Positions 28,003 through 42,498 of a stretch of 64,000 bases of DNA are shown one piece after another. Every line of letters begins with the position of its first letter. Position 1 is the first letter of the stretch. Under the pieces are notes generated by a model. The model ran no database searches, was not told the origin of the DNA, and saw nothing but the letters and a program-made list of their open reading frames with translations. Made by a program: the position numbers and the translations under genes. The DNA lies in assembly GCF_037042905.1 (NCBI RefSeq), contig NC_087251.1, positions 42,038,001 through 42,102,000 on the forward strand, given 5' to 3'. This stretch comes from Lytechinus pictus (taxonomy: Eukaryota).

Positions 28003-30329
28003 TGTCATATCAGTCACTGTCATTCATAACGCCGAGACAATATTCTGCTTTCAGCAAGAGTAAGGGTCAATGTCTAACAGTGGCGTCTAATCTAATACAA
28101 AAAAAAAACAACGAAGACAATCAGGTTCAATGACAATTGCTCCGATTGAAAATCTGCACGCTAGGTCAATATAACCTATAACCTCCAAAGCTTAATAAAC
28201 CCTAATCATCATCTTTACATTATTCTAAACCAAACACTCTATTTACAATCCTAACCCTAACCCTATGCCAGCTGTGATATCAATGACCGGAGCATAATCG
28301 TTTCATCGACAATCAACATGATCAAGGAGCCGAAAATATTATTATTCATTTTCTTTTATAAATACATACATTCAAATATTTCAAGATTGATTGCCATGGT
28401 TGACTATTATTTTGGAAGCGCGTGATGTTTAAGCAGAGCACAACGCACCTGGGCATAACTCAGAATCAAAGATCATCCCTTTAGCCAAGGTCACGAGTAC
28501 TTTTGGAAGCATAACAATCACGTGGTATGAGACTCCAGACTGTTAGTTCACAAAACAATTCCATCCACAATTGGCTTGTTTAGCCTCCAAAGAATGGAGC
28601 CAGAAAATATCATACCGGCCGAAAACTCCAAATAAACACTTCCTACGTTTACCAACAAAAAAAAAAGGGTCTGGATGGATATTCATTCTAACGTCAGTCT
28701 TGCTCTATTAGCATCCGTGCATGAGTCTGAAGATGGAATTTATTAGCGGTTAGGGGCAAGACGGGAAAAGATTGGGGGAAAAGTAGAGGAAAGGATGATG
28801 ATAAGGAAACAGCGAGATGAGAGGAAAAGAGCGCCGACGATGAGGCAAGGAAGAAGATCAAAGCGATGCCGACTGAAGATCACATCTTTGGTTGCTCTTA
28901 GAATCGCTAGCTCTGATCTGATACATCACTTTAACAACATCACTAAAGATCCACCGAGATGGGCTAGTATCACTATACCCCCACCCCCTGTCTCTCTCTC
29001 TCTCTTCCTAGTTCTCACTATTTTGCTCTCTTTCCTTGCATAAGATATCACGAATAGAAAGAAATCTTTCATTATTTCCATACTAGAAATCTGATGCATA
29101 ATTGGTGTATAAAGCTGATGATTATCGCACCTCTCTCTCTGTAAACCTCTCACTTACATAAGCATGATAAGACAGCGCTTCTTCGTCGCTGTCCCCAAAA
29201 CACCTTCACCTGTACCATAGTTTAAAAAGGGAAAATAAAAAGGAACCAGAGAAAGCGATCATACTGATTACTTCTCGACTCTCAAGTCTGCTTTTTAATT
29301 TACTTTTCACTTTATCTTTTGAGGCTTCGCTAAAAGCCTTTACCGAAACGATAAAATCAATTCATATATATAAATAATCACCTAAAATGACAAACACATT
29401 AGAAGCTGCCTGCGTCAAGCCTTGTGAATAATAATCTTGTGTTTCACGTCTCTCACGGAAAACAGTGCCCTCTTAAAAAAAAGAGACACTTTTTGAAAGG
29501 AGAATTTGCATTTGTATTTCAAATAACCGTTTATTTATTTTTCTTTTACCTATACATTTGTCGTAGAAAAGTATAGTTGATCCTTGCGTGTTTTTATTTA
29601 AACGACTGTCATGTTCTATATCTTAGTACTATGATCAAAGAGGCTTGGAATGATATTGCCTTTTCATGTAATTCTGATAAAAAGAAGCCGAGATTAAAGA
29701 CCTCGTTACGCCATTTCCGGACAAAGTCTAAGTGCAGACATGCTTGATTAGTTGAACTGCAATTTAGATCTTATTACCTCTCGTTCAAAGACCCAGCCTG
29801 ATATTAAACACATATTTTCATCATTTCAAGATTAGAAGCTAAGGTCATTAAAGAATTTATTGGGTTTTTGTTTTATTACGCAAACTTGCTCTTGAAGAAT
29901 CTAATTTGATAATATCCCGGACTTTTTTTAATGTAACGTTTGAAAGCAAGAAGGAGACCGATATATTTTCTTATAGACCTATATTACTGGCATATCCTAC
30001 AGTACTTCGGTACATAGATTCGGCGTCTTCTTTCAATTAAGATCGAATGTTATAATTTCCTTCTCGAAACTGAAAATGAGCAAAGGCACCGCCAAGCCGC
30101 CGGAGACAGGGCATAAAGAGAAGCTCCGAAGACGGCGAGTTGTCGGCGGGAAGGAGGCCTAAGAGTCGATAGGAAGATAATTACCCCGTGCACTGGAAGA
30201 TGGGTCTACCGGATAAATCAAGAAGGCTTATTACCATCCAAGTTACCAACACGACCAATTAACTCGATGAAAAGGTTTAATATGGCGTGAAGATACCCAG
30301 GAGAAATAGGGTTAGGAAAGAGACGAAGA

Positions 30330-31070
30330 CTGGTAAAGAGAGGGAGAGGGAGAGAGAGGAAGAGAAGGCGTGCAGAAGGTATAGGATTCAGTACACGGTT
30401 GGCGAGAGAAGGTGGGTGTGTGTGCGTGAGGGTGTGCGTGTGAATGTGTTATTATGGAAATGGGAAGAGAGAGGGAGAGAGAGAGAGATGGATGGGAGGG
30501 TGCAGGGTACACAGTTGGCGAGAGAAAGTGGTAAAAGGGGATGGTGTGGTAGTGTGTGTGTATTGTGACAGAGGGATAGAGAGAGTGTGGGTGTGTGTGT
30601 ATGTGAGAGAGAGATGAGAGGGTGCAGAATACACAGTTGGCGAGAGTAAGTGGTTTGAGGGGTGTGTGTGGGAGTGTGTGTGTATTGTGACTGAGGGATA
30701 GAGAGAGAGAGTGTGGGTGTGAGAGAGAGATGAGAGGGTGCAGTATACACAGTTGGCGAGATAAAGTGGTAAAAGGTGTGTGTGTTGTGAGAGGGGGATA
30801 GAAAGAGAGAGAGAGAGCGTGAAAGATGGGAGTGTGCTGGATACAGTCCACAGTATGCGAGAGAACGTGTTTCGAGGGGTGGGCGTTGAGTGTGTGGGTG
30901 TTTGTGGGTTGTGAGAGAGGGATAGAGAGAGAAAGGGGGAAGGAGGGGGGCGTGAAAGATGGGAGGGTGCAGGATACGGTCCACAGTTGGCGAAAGAAGT
31001 GTGTGTGCGTGTGTGTGTTTATGTGTGTTGATATGAAGAAAGGTATAGAGAGAGGAGAGGGGAAGAAGGG
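30330..31070. repeat. Purine/GT-rich compound minisatellite with ~110-125-bp units
   Basis: About six units anchored on GGGTGCAGnnTACACAGTTGGCGAGA, separated by (GT)n and (GA)n tracts. Confidence 0.85.
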
Positions 31071-34000
31071 AGTAATTAAGAGATTTATAGGAAGAATCTT
31101 CTCCCTTTAAATACATTCAAGGATTAATGAATCACTGACTCTTTTACAGGCTTATGAGACACTATTTAAAAAAAATACAAACTATAAAAATAGGGCAGAG
31201 AGGACGGAAACCAAAATAGAAAGTATAGGAGGAGACAGAGTGAGAGAAGGAAAAAGAGACATAGAGAATGAAAGGACCAGATATACAAGTTAGCGATGAG
31301 AGCTATAATGATGCTTGAAGTTGTATGCCCTTAATCATGTCTAAATATTTGGTATCTTCTCGGGTTGATTAGGTACTCTGAATTACTCCAGTCATCCCTC
31401 TAGCGTTAATTGTGGCGCTCATTTTGTCTTCCCTATCTCGATATTTGCTTCTTTCTTCCCTCGCTGCGCTTTTCTTCCTCTGAAATATTCAAGTCAATAT
31501 TTCCTCACCAATTCCTATCGATAAAACTTGGGTCATCAGAGTGACTTAAATGTCAGCCTTTTATGCCATTTTTCATCATTATCTACAGAGCAAATAATAT
31601 CCTAGAAGTTCATACTATATAACAGCCAGCAAAAGACAATTCAAACGCATGATTGTCTGTGCTGAACAATCCCCTGATAAAAACCGCCAAACATAAGAAT
31701 AATAAATGACAGAGGAGTAACCTTCGAAGATATTCTTTGCTATGTATGAATTTTATAAATATCATTTAATCAACTGATTTGATATAAGAATTATCTAAAA
31801 AAATCGGCTTATATTTTTGAAATTCTAATTCTTATAAAACTTTATCTTTCTGTTGTTTCCGTGACATGTTATTCGTTTTATTATAAACATAATTAGACGA
31901 TATAATTAACCTGCAAAAAAAAATAAGAAAAGTGAGGATACTTTAATCTCAAATCAACTTGAAAGAGGTACATTATTGCTGTAGGTCACATGACTCCCAA
32001 GTCACATGACTAGCACATGACACATTGCTATATACTGCAGATGATAAATCGTTGTGATGGGGAATCATTTAAGAGAGTCCAATTTCATCAAAGTATCTTG
32101 TTAACGATATTAACATCAAACTCAAGGATCCACGATGACTTAACACAAGTTAAATCCCTATAGTTTGGGTTTATAATCCGAATCAATATTATTGAGGCAC
32201 AACTAATCTCGAGCCATTTCCAAATATTGAAAAGATATTGATATCCCCCTCAATGGGTGGGTGGGTAAAGTGGGGAGTCCTCAAGGACACACTAAGAATT
32301 TACATCCATAGCTTTACATAACAGTAGAAGAAAGCTAATACGAAAAATGAGGGTAAAATCGTAAACATAAAAAATTGCCTTCAAATAAAATATGAAGCAA
32401 AATATGAAGCAAAATACATCTCGTTATTTTTTTCAACCGCATGTGTTTGTTTTACAGATGTTTTGTTCTTGTGGTCCTTATAATTTCCGCTCTTTGACAA
32501 GGTTTTACCAAGGATTTCTGTAGCATGGAATTTATGGTCATGGTGATAAGAAGTGGTTTTTTTTTTTTTTTTTTATAAACATTTCCACGATGGTTTATTT
32601 GCGCATGCCCGGTGCTAGTAAATAGTAAGATGTGTTTTGTTTCGAGGTGTGGGGCTATCAAAATGATCTTATAAGGTATCATTTTAAATTAGGAATAAAC
32701 ACACAAAATAGAAGAAAAGTTAGAAACTTTGGGGAATACCATGAATACTGCATGGTTATATTATTATTATTATCATCATTATCTTGTTATAGATAAACAA
32801 AATGAACCTTCGCAAGGTTACTTGTTTAATTAAAAAAAAATTGCACAATGAGTAAACATATACGATTTCGAGTAAATATTGTGACTCTTTCTGTTTGTTT
32901 ACAAATTAGGGCCTACCGATACATACAGACAGCAGTTTGTGCTGTGAATGAAAATTGTTACTATAAATATATAGATGCATTTCGAATATTAGTGTCAAGT
33001 ATTATGTTTGAAAAATAGCCTATATACGATTTTGCCTGCTGTTGCTTTATCTGTAACCGAGCGATTGTGTACCAAATTTGGGGAAGGAGATCAAAGTGTT
33101 TTCTTGAAGATTGCGTCCGGGAAAGCGGCGGCTCAATTTCCCTTGACGATTACGATATGTTGCACTTTTATCGGCCCAAGCAATTTCTTCAGAACTCCGC
33201 CGCGTTGCCCTGCGTCTTGGGCGGCTCTCGCATCCGCCCGTTTCTCGAGCTTTCTGTACTTTTTTGGCGGCAACGCAAGAATCGTGTGTACTTTTATTGG
33301 GTCTAAGTGTGGGGTTCGCGGGATCAGTATTAGGTAGCTTTGACGGATAAGTTCTGAGATTAATGTGATTATTAATCATCATCTGATTAATCTCAAAGGA
33401 ATTATCTAAAGTACCAAGCTCTCTTCATGAAACAATACTGACATCTGTAAATATATATATATATATTATATCTACATAAAAATCAATGTATATTCTTGCA
33501 AAGATATTTTTTGTTAAGAAGTATTCAATTGGAAAACACTTTGAGTTCGACCAGAATTCGTTTTCTCTCTTTGCCTTTTCATTATAGTCTTATTCACTTT
33601 CAAAGGTAAGTGGATTGGCCCAAATAATGCGACATCAATATTATCAGCATGAATGAATTTGATAAAGAGATTTCTGAATGAAAGATGACTTGATTCATCA
33701 TAGTTTCCTTTAAACCGATCTTTAGCTTGTTTGTTTTGAAAGCATTGTTACAATGCAGTCCAGTTCTGTCGCATTTCCTTTCAGAAAAATACAACCTAAG
33801 CAAGCTTTAGTGTTTCACATAATGCAGTCACAGTGCATGAACTTACACTACCCTGACTACATTTAGAGGGAGCAAATAATTCTATGACCACTATGCTGAT
33901 GGTTGTATGATACAAAATAGTTTTCTTCATAAAATAATGAACCCTTTTCGACAAAATGAATCGATTTGTAATCCTTTAATTTGATTGAATTAACAAACAT

Positions 34001-35059
34001 TTTGTTATATTTTAGCTCTGTGCTATTTTATTGTGATTTATCATTGATTTGTCCGTTGAACTGAAAAATAAATAGTGTTAAAAATTACTAGATTGTAATT
34101 CTCGACTATATCAAAGTATTCAATATTAAGTCATATTTAAATGCTTTAGTAATTATAGGTTTCCTCAAACTCTCCATTATTTTGATCAATATTTTGCAAG
34201 ACAGGTGTATTCAATGATCTTTGAGTTCAAAATAAAATTGTAATCCTTAGGTCCAATCGTTACAGCATTGAAGAATGACGCACGGTATTTCAACAATTAA
34301 CCATCCTCATTTTATGGTTTATATTAAATTAACCTAAAGTAAATATGAAGACTTAAAACGCAGATATTGCCACTTTCGCAAATTGAAAACGAGAATTGCC
34401 TAAACAAAGTTTATTACCACGAATTGAGAATTGAAGATTTAAAATGTTTCCAGTCGACTTGGCATCATCATTGTTATTAATATTATTATTATTTATTTAT
34501 TTATTATTCGAACAAGTCATGATACAACCATAAATGGCATTATACATAATAAAAACAAACAATACAGAATGGAGCAGTGGTACATGCTGGTCAGGGGTGA
34601 TAAAAGCATAATAAATTGCTGTTGCTCGGAAGCATATCACCCCCACATGTAGCACTGCGTACACATATCAACTTACAAAACATACAAATTACAACAATTA
34701 ATCTAGCTCAAATGTTTCGCGACATTTCAGTAAAAAGAAGCTGATTGATGTTTTACATAATTATAACTGGAAAATGCTTGAAAGTGATGATTAGAAAGGT
34801 GATCTACACGCCATGCTAGGAGTCTGTGGGTCAGAATAAGTGTGGTCGTCGTTTATTACAATAATAATTTGGGCCACGCCCCACGAGCCACGCCTATAGC
34901 TATTATTTTAATTATTATTTAGCTACCGCACTATGATGACGATAGGAGCATGGTAAAATTATACTAAATTTCTCATCAACGAAAATTTGAATAAGAAGAA
35001 ACACACACGAGAAATGGCTTGAAAATGTTTGTTTTTTCTTCAAATATTATAATAATATA

Positions 35060-35332
35060 CACTGTAAAAAAACACCTGATTTTACAGAAAAAAAACATTT
35101 GCAGAAAGCAATAACAGAATCATTCTGTAAATTCATGAAACAGGAATTTGTCTGCAATTTAATGGAATAGGTCTGTTTAAAAAAGGGGAAACGGGTGTTT
35201 TCTTTAAGGAAATTTGTAAGGTTACCAAATACCAGTTTCCTGTAAGATTACGCAATCTGGTAAGATTACAGGTGTTCTCGAGACTCTGCTGCAGGAACTT
35301 CTTTTATTTTCAAAATAAATTTTCTAACAGTG
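35060..35332 (+). mobile_element. CACTG...CAGTG element, copy 2
   Basis: TA-CACTGTAAAA ... CTAACAGTG-TA, homologous to 10705-10986. Confidence 0.85.
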
Positions 35333-36761
35333 TACAAGAATGAATCATGCATGTAAAAGCAGAATTCAAAGAAATCCTATAAAAGTTGATATTATTTATC
35401 TAGAATAAACTAAAAGCACAATGAGTTGAATTATACCTTTTCTAAAATAGTGTGGGGGTAAATAGGTTTTAGGTTTTAATTCAGTGTAGTAGCTGCAGCA
35501 CATCACACGTTATGTCACATACCATGACGTAATGAGCCAAATATTTTGTGAGATACACAACATAGCACATTGGGCAAAGATAACATTTTTTTAAAGTTGC
35601 GAGTGAGCCAAAATTTATATTTTTATGAAAAGAAAATATAAGTTGTTGATAGGTTTTGACATATTATTCAGAAAACTATATCATATTTCAGCTTGTTCAT
35701 TTATTTTCTTTTCTTTTTTTCCCCTTCATTTCTAATATTCATTGGTCTTGGAACGTTGGGGGTCTTGTGTCCCCAAGCCCCCCCCCCATCCCCCATCTGT
35801 GTATAAGCCAATGATCACATTTCTTTATAAAGGACCAATTAGAGCAATAATGAGCTAAAGTTGCAAACCATTACATCCATGAGTTGTATTTTAGAAAGAA
35901 ACTAAATAATGACTATATATTTCTGAGAGAGAGAGAGAGAGCAGATTCTAGATTTGTCGAGGAAGCATTCATATTATATTTCACAATGCAAAATATCCCC
36001 CTTTCTAACCGCTACGATTTTACGATATTTTTTTTCTTCGAATTCATCTATCTTGATGGATAAAAAATGAAAAGAAAGCAAGTTTTTGTGGTGAATCTTG
36101 GCGATGTAGCTGGGCTTACGTGGTTAAATCCACGTTGGTTAAAATAGAATTAGTTGAGATCACTAGTATTAATTTCCAAACTCCTTCCCACAAATCTCTT
36201 GACGTTCATTGCAAATGATGGGCAGAATTAGCGAATCTATACCGTGCAAAGAATATCACTTTACTTGGCAATTTTCACAATTCGATATTGTGTAGAACAA
36301 CATGGTCATGTGACCTTGGCGGAGACTAGTCAAAAGTACACAGTAACGTCACTCATCTATAAGGTGTCCTAAAAAAAACACGAGTGTCGATTTGAGTGCT
36401 TTCTGTGTAACGAAAGTTCTTGACGTAAAGCTCAATGATATGTTTTGAAGTACAACTGGCCCGATTTCAAGCGATTAACGAGGTATATGATTTCATTTCT
36501 CCTTGGAAATTCTATTTTCTAATTCAATTTGTCACTTTCGATGTGTGAGACGTAGCCATCAACAAGAATCCTGCATTCATTCATTAATTTCACAGAAAAT
36601 TTCGAGTGGAAAACAAATTGCAAATAATCTTCATCCTGTAAGTTTGCATTATCAGTGTTTTGTCTTATTTAAAGCCACTCTCAAACTATATTCATGAAAA
36701 TACACTTGCTTTAGATGAAAATGAAAACAAAAAGTTTGAAAAAGAATCTAGCGGTTGGATA

Positions 36762-37042
36762 CACTGTTAGAAAATTTATCCTTAAAATAAAAGAAGTTCC
36801 TGCAGCAGAGTCTCGAGAACACCTGTAATCTTACCAGATTGCGTAATCTTACAGGAAATTGGTATTGGAGTATGGAACCTTACAAATTTCCTTTAAGAAA
36901 ACACCCTTTTCCCCTTTTTAAACAGACCTGTTCTGTTACATCGCAGAAAAATTCCTGTTTTATGAATTTAAAGAATGATTATGTTACTGCTTTCTGCAAA
37001 ATCTTCTTTTTTTTCTGTAAAATCAGGTTTTTTAAAACAGTG
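36762..37042 (-). mobile_element. CACTG...CAGTG element, copy 3 (inverted)
   Basis: TA-CACTGTTAG ... AAAACAGTG-TA, the reverse complement of copies 1 and 2. Confidence 0.85.
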
Positions 37043-37992
37043 TACATGATTATTAAACTTTCAAAACAACTACAGTACTACACCCTTCTTTGGCATCACG
37101 GCAATTGAACAAAACATTCCCTAATTTCATATTTTGTACACCAAAACATATTTTTTCGTAATTCACGATTATATTACTAGAAAATGATAATTCTTTATAG
37201 AACCGAATTAACTATGAATTAATACAAGGAATTATGAAACAGTCGACATACTGCGACCACGTAAGAAATCAAAATTTCTTACCAGCAAAAAATACATAGC
37301 TATTTCAGAAACGAGGTCGAGGAAGTAAATCACATGTATTTGGATGATTAAGTTGCAAAATGATTGATTTTCTGCTGGTAAATGATAACTAAAATACACT
37401 TATCAAACAAGTAAAGAAATGGAAATCAAAGAGCGGCTTTCAGAAAAGAGTAAGAAAGACGAACTGATTATTTTTTTTTTATGTTTGCTGTTTCATTTCA
37501 TTTTATTAGAAATGTAACTTCAACGATGATAGCATAATGATCATAAATTTAAGAAATTTCTTTCTTTAAACTTGTGATTCAATGAAATGGGCACAGGGTT
37601 TATATTTTTTTTATAGAATGATATAAGGATAAGGATTATTGTTTATGTAGTCTTGGAGATTAGGTTTAATGTTTGGCTTAACGTGCAGAAATTCCATCGG
37701 AGGAATTGTCGCCGGAGCAAATGTCATGGAACCCTTAGTCTATTTATTGATTGCAAATTTTTCGTTTAGAAAGAGTTCATCAAACCATAGAGACGAAGCG
37801 TGTTAATTAGCCCAAGTAGACGATAAGGGTGGCGACGAAATTGTATAAAGGAGGTAAATGGCAATGAGATCAAAAGGAGACGAAGTGGTAGTTAGGCAAA
37901 CTAGGATTAGACCAAATGGGAATGGACGAAGTGGAAAGTATGTTAGACGCAGACGGGGTGTTGACCAATCGGCAATTTATAACGGTACCATC

Positions 37993-39177
37993 CAGTGGCG
38001 TACCGTGGGTCACGGCATTGGGGGGGCACCAGCAAAAGTTTTGAGTCACTAAGTGAGCGCGCGAAGCGCGCCCAGCTGCCAGGTATACCTAATAGAGACA
38101 TTTTAAGGACAGTGCCATTAAACGGATATGTCTCTCACTGGTCAAATAATGCGAGCGCGAAGCGCGAGCTTAAAATTTTTGGTATTTAGACCTAAAAAGG
38201 GACATTATAATCAATTTTTGTAATCATGATATGTACCTGTCTCGCTAAATAATGCGAGCGCGAAGCGCGAGCTGAAATTTTTGTAAATATTGACCCCAAA
38301 ACAGAAAGATTTTAAGGACTATATTTTAGGAATGCATTAAGAGTATACACATCTCACCATAGTCATCTAATGCGAGTGCCAATAAGCGCTTGCTGATTTT
38401 GTTAGAATTACATCTAAACATGCACATAAAGCACTTGTAATCATGATTAACATACCCATCTCACTAATCAAATCTTGCGAGCGCGAAGCGCGAGCTGAAA
38501 ATTTAGGAAATTCAGACCTGAAGAGGGGCATTTTAAGGCTTGTTTGTAGAAATTCACGAATACCATACGTAGTTCACTAACCAAATTATGCGAGCGCGAA
38601 GCGCGAGCTGAAAATTTTTGATATTCAGATTAGAAAGAGGGACATTTAAGGACTGATTCTAGGAATCCATGGAGAGCAGACATATTTCACCAATCCACTA
38701 CTGCGAACGTAAGCACGGACAGGAAATGTTTTATATCAAGACCTTAAAATGGGGCAATCACTTTAAGTAGTCATGAAAAAGAAGCATACTTTTGTACATA
38801 AAACAATAACTCGAAGTGCGAGGAATATATTTGGCAGTTTGGTGTATATTGACTTGAAAACGGGAGGTTTTAGTATAACAGGATTATATATCTCGGTAAA
38901 CAGACAATGCGAGCACCAGGAAAAATGAGGACATAGGCCCTGAGCAAATTATGTTTCATAAAGTTATGAAAAAAAATGTTTCTTATGTAATATAACATAA
39001 CATAATTATGATATAATATAACATTATAATGAACAATAATGTCTTCTTTCCCACTTCGTTTTTCTTCCTTTCTCCCTCTTTTTCTCCTTTTCCCCGTTTT
39101 TTTTTTTTTTTTTTTTTTTTTTGTCAGCCGATTGGAGGGGCACGTGCCCCCCATGCCCCCCCGTAGTTACGCCACTG
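37993..39177 (+). mobile_element. 1185-bp non-autonomous hAT-type element
   Basis: TIRs CAGTGGCGTA/TACGCCACTG and a perfect 8-bp TSD GTACCATC (37985-92, 39178-85). Internal ~95-120-bp diverged tandem units. Confidence 0.9.
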
Positions 39178-41093
39178 GTACCATCTCACCCATTTCCCGA
39201 TAAATAATAACACTTTTGATTTGATATAATAACGTGAAATGTACTCGGCACAAAAGAAATAAGACCTGGCTATAAAAAAAACCCAAACACCACACGATGT
39301 CTATATACTGAAGACAGCATTCAGGGAAATTCTAAACGATTCCAAGAGTAACATCTGTTACTCTCCATCACTCAATAGAAAAAAATAAGCAAATGAATAA
39401 CAGGAGGCGAAGGAAAAGCAAATAAAAAGAAATATTGCATCGGTGTTGGGTTCTGCAGACTGGAGAAATAATCATCGTCTGCAAAGAATCATTTGCATTT
39501 TAACAGTAATAAGATGTTTTGAATTTGTAATCGGATCAGGTGTTTCCATTATTCCAAAATGACGGAGTCGTTATTTTTTATCAAGAAGACGGAGAGAAGT
39601 TTAAACGCTTGATAGCTAAAAGATGAATAATTGATATGCAACACGTGCATATTTGTTTCATTCGGCACTTTGTGTAATCTAGTTCGTATTGCCACCAAGT
39701 TTACATTAATAAACATTACACTATAGAGAATAATACATTTTCAACATTTCAGATATCCTTTAATGCACGGGAGATCATATTTTGACAAATGAGTCGACTA
39801 ATGGTCTGATTTAATTATCTTTGGTTCTTATTGTTGAATAAACTTAGCCGTTATATATATTCATTCAATTCAATTCAATTCAACTTTATTTTATTGTCCA
39901 CATGGAAACAAGTTTTGTTTACATTATAAGGTATTTTCTGTCAAATCTTTTTTTTTTTAAAACTTTTAAGAAGGGTCAACTGCATGGGTACAACTGTAAT
40001 TTTTCATTAATAAGTTATTTGACTATTTTAGTCATATTTGACGAACACAGTTAATTGGTTACTGAAATATTGTTTTAAAATATATGACTCGACATAGCAG
40101 TTGTAACGAGCTGGCTGTTATTCTTAATTAACCTGTTTTTAGAGAGTATAAAGATATAATTTGCTTCATGTAACTGCTTTGTCATTGTCACATTTCCTGA
40201 ATTGTTCACAGTACACGACTTCAGTCAGCGATCTCAAAATCATTTCAACACATTTTGATACTATGATCATTTTAATGTTTTGGAGGGAAAAAAATTCATA
40301 ACCTAAATTGTAATCATCGACTTCCTTGACAAATATTCCTGTACATCTGACCTTTGATTTACGAAAAGAAGAATTGTAAAAAAAAAATATAACGGTCATT
40401 ATTTGTGATTATGATCATCTAGCACATTGCGTGTATATTCATGAGCATGATCATGAACAGGATGTCAGTCATCTGTTTCATTACAAGGATTTCGACGTAG
40501 CCGATCTCTATAAAAACTCGATTAATGATTCAGAATTTGTTCGATATAATAGATTAAGAAAAAAACAACAGATTGAATGATTTTTTTTTAAACCTCACTT
40601 TATTTAGGAGGATACCCAAATATTTACCGTATACCGTTCTGATAACTTTTGAGTTCTATCTGTTAAGGTAATTGACCTTGTACTCGAAACACCATTACCC
40701 CTTTTGGAAAAATAACGGCCTTGGTGTACTCATAATGAAGTACTCCTCACGTTTTCCTCTTTCCCGCCTTTCTCGTGAATCTTCACACCACTTCTTCAAA
40801 ATAGTCGTTCGGTCACTGGATCATTACTTTAAAAAATCATGGAGATATGATAAATGGTAATATTTATGCCTACCTCAATGATAAAAATACACCAAAGATT
40901 ATGGATTCATTGCTTTATGTTTGCATGCAATACTAATTATTTCATAGATCTAATTTCATCTTCGCTATTTCTGAAATAAAACGAAAATAAATATATACTC
41001 AATAATCATGTAAATCTTCTATCCCTTTATTAACTGTTATACTGTGTGTATGTTAAGTACTACAACAAACATTTACATAGAGGGCGTTGCAGC

Positions 41094-41369
41094 CAGTGGC
41101 GTACAGATGGGGTACTTGGGGCGCCCCCGCCCCCCCCCCCCAATTTTTCACGACCAAGAAACAAAAGAGAAAGGGAAAAGAAGCGGAAATAAAGAAGGGT
41201 AAAATATGATATTTTCTAAATATCATATCAAAATCTATCACAAAATTTGATTTTTGTAATAAAAATGTTGATTTTTTTAGTGCTCTCTTCGCTCGCTCAC
41301 ACCATTTTATAAACTTTACCTAATAAGCCATATCTAACCCTTCAAATTATTTGGCTTATTATGCCCTTG
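41094..41369 (+). mobile_element. Short older hAT-type MITE
   Basis: Starts CAGTGGCGTA with a decayed right end TATGCCCTTG. The 8-bp TSD has one mismatch (GTTGCAGC / GTTGCTGC). Confidence 0.65.
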
Positions 41370-42078
41370 GTTGCTGCATTAAAAATCAATATAGCCCCGA
41401 AATGATAATTGATATTTAGCATAATCAGGTTTATAAAGTAATGATCATTGGAAGTTATCGTCATAACGTAATTGGCAACTAAACTGTTTGGTTATAACAA
41501 CCTGGTTACATCAATCACTTTTACTTATTGCTATTGCTATGTCATTAGTGTGAATGATTCTCTGATTAAGAAATGACACCCTTAAAAATACGATGTTGTT
41601 ATTTATATTGTTATCTTCTTTCCTACAGTTTATCATAAATCTGTTATGCTCTTTAAGTACCCCAACAACGGGCGAGCGGATCCAGAGGCTGAGCGGACCT
41701 TGCCTTCCTTCCCCATCCTTTTATGTCTGATTTTCATTTGTGCGTGTGTGTGTGTGGGGGGGGGGGGGGTGCGTGAAAAAGTGCCCCACCTCTTGTCAAT
41801 CCTGGGCCCTACCCCTTATTGGTTCTCCATATCTCTGACATAGCAGCAGCGTGCATCGAATTCGACGGTGTAGACTGTAGACCCCCCCCCCCCCATTGTC
41901 CTCATCTGCTCCGTGTTTTAGCCCACCCCTTTTCCCCAATCATATTTTGATGCTTGAATGAATGAATGATAATTTTCCATTTCATTTTTGTTAAAGATTA
42001 AAATCATACTTTCATTATGTTAGCGCAGAAGCTGAAGCAACATACTTCTCCTCTATGCTCCACTCCCAAATCCTTTAA

Positions 42079-42498
42079 AGGACAAGTCCACCCCAACAAA
42101 AAGTTTGTTTGAATATAAAGAGAAAAATCCAACAAGCATAACACTGAAAATTTCATCAAAATCGGATGTAAAATAAATAAGTTATGGCATTTTAAAATTT
42201 CACTTAATTTCACAAAACAGTTATATACACATCCTGGTTGGTATACAAATGAGGAGACTGATGACGTCATCCACTCACTATTTCTTTTGTATTTTATTAT
42301 ATGAAATATTATAATTTTCTCCCCATTGTCAAGTGAAACATCGAATAATTCCTCCCTGAACATGAGGAATGAGCATTGTTTAATACTATATATAAATCAG
42401 TCAAGCTGGTCCTTATTGTCAAATCTATTTTCAGCGTTTTGCTAGTCGATATTTCTCTATTTATTAAAATCAACATTTTTCTGGGGTGGACTTGACCT
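42079..42498 (+). mobile_element. Kolobok/T2-like MITE, copy 3 (internally deleted)
   Basis: TTAA-AGGACAAGTCCACCCC ... GGGGTGGACTTGACCT-TTAA, about 165 bp shorter than copy 1. Confidence 0.85.

Noticed and set aside
28250..28265. CCTAACCCTAACCCTA telomere-like repeat
   Set aside because: Only about two units inside an interspersed repeat; not a telomere.
30287..31116. Longest ORFs in the window (179 and 242 aa)
   Set aside because: Low-complexity translations of a (GT)/(GA) minisatellite with no domain signature.
33008..33382. Three overlapping ORFs of 79-111 aa
   Set aside because: No recognisable motifs or convincing splice sites; a locally GC-rich patch reduces stop frequency.
39861..39900. 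(TTCAA)n tract with TTTATT, also at ~44865 and ~63975
   Set aside because: Probably 3' tails of retroelements on -, but no attached coding remnant was recognised, so they are not called as features.
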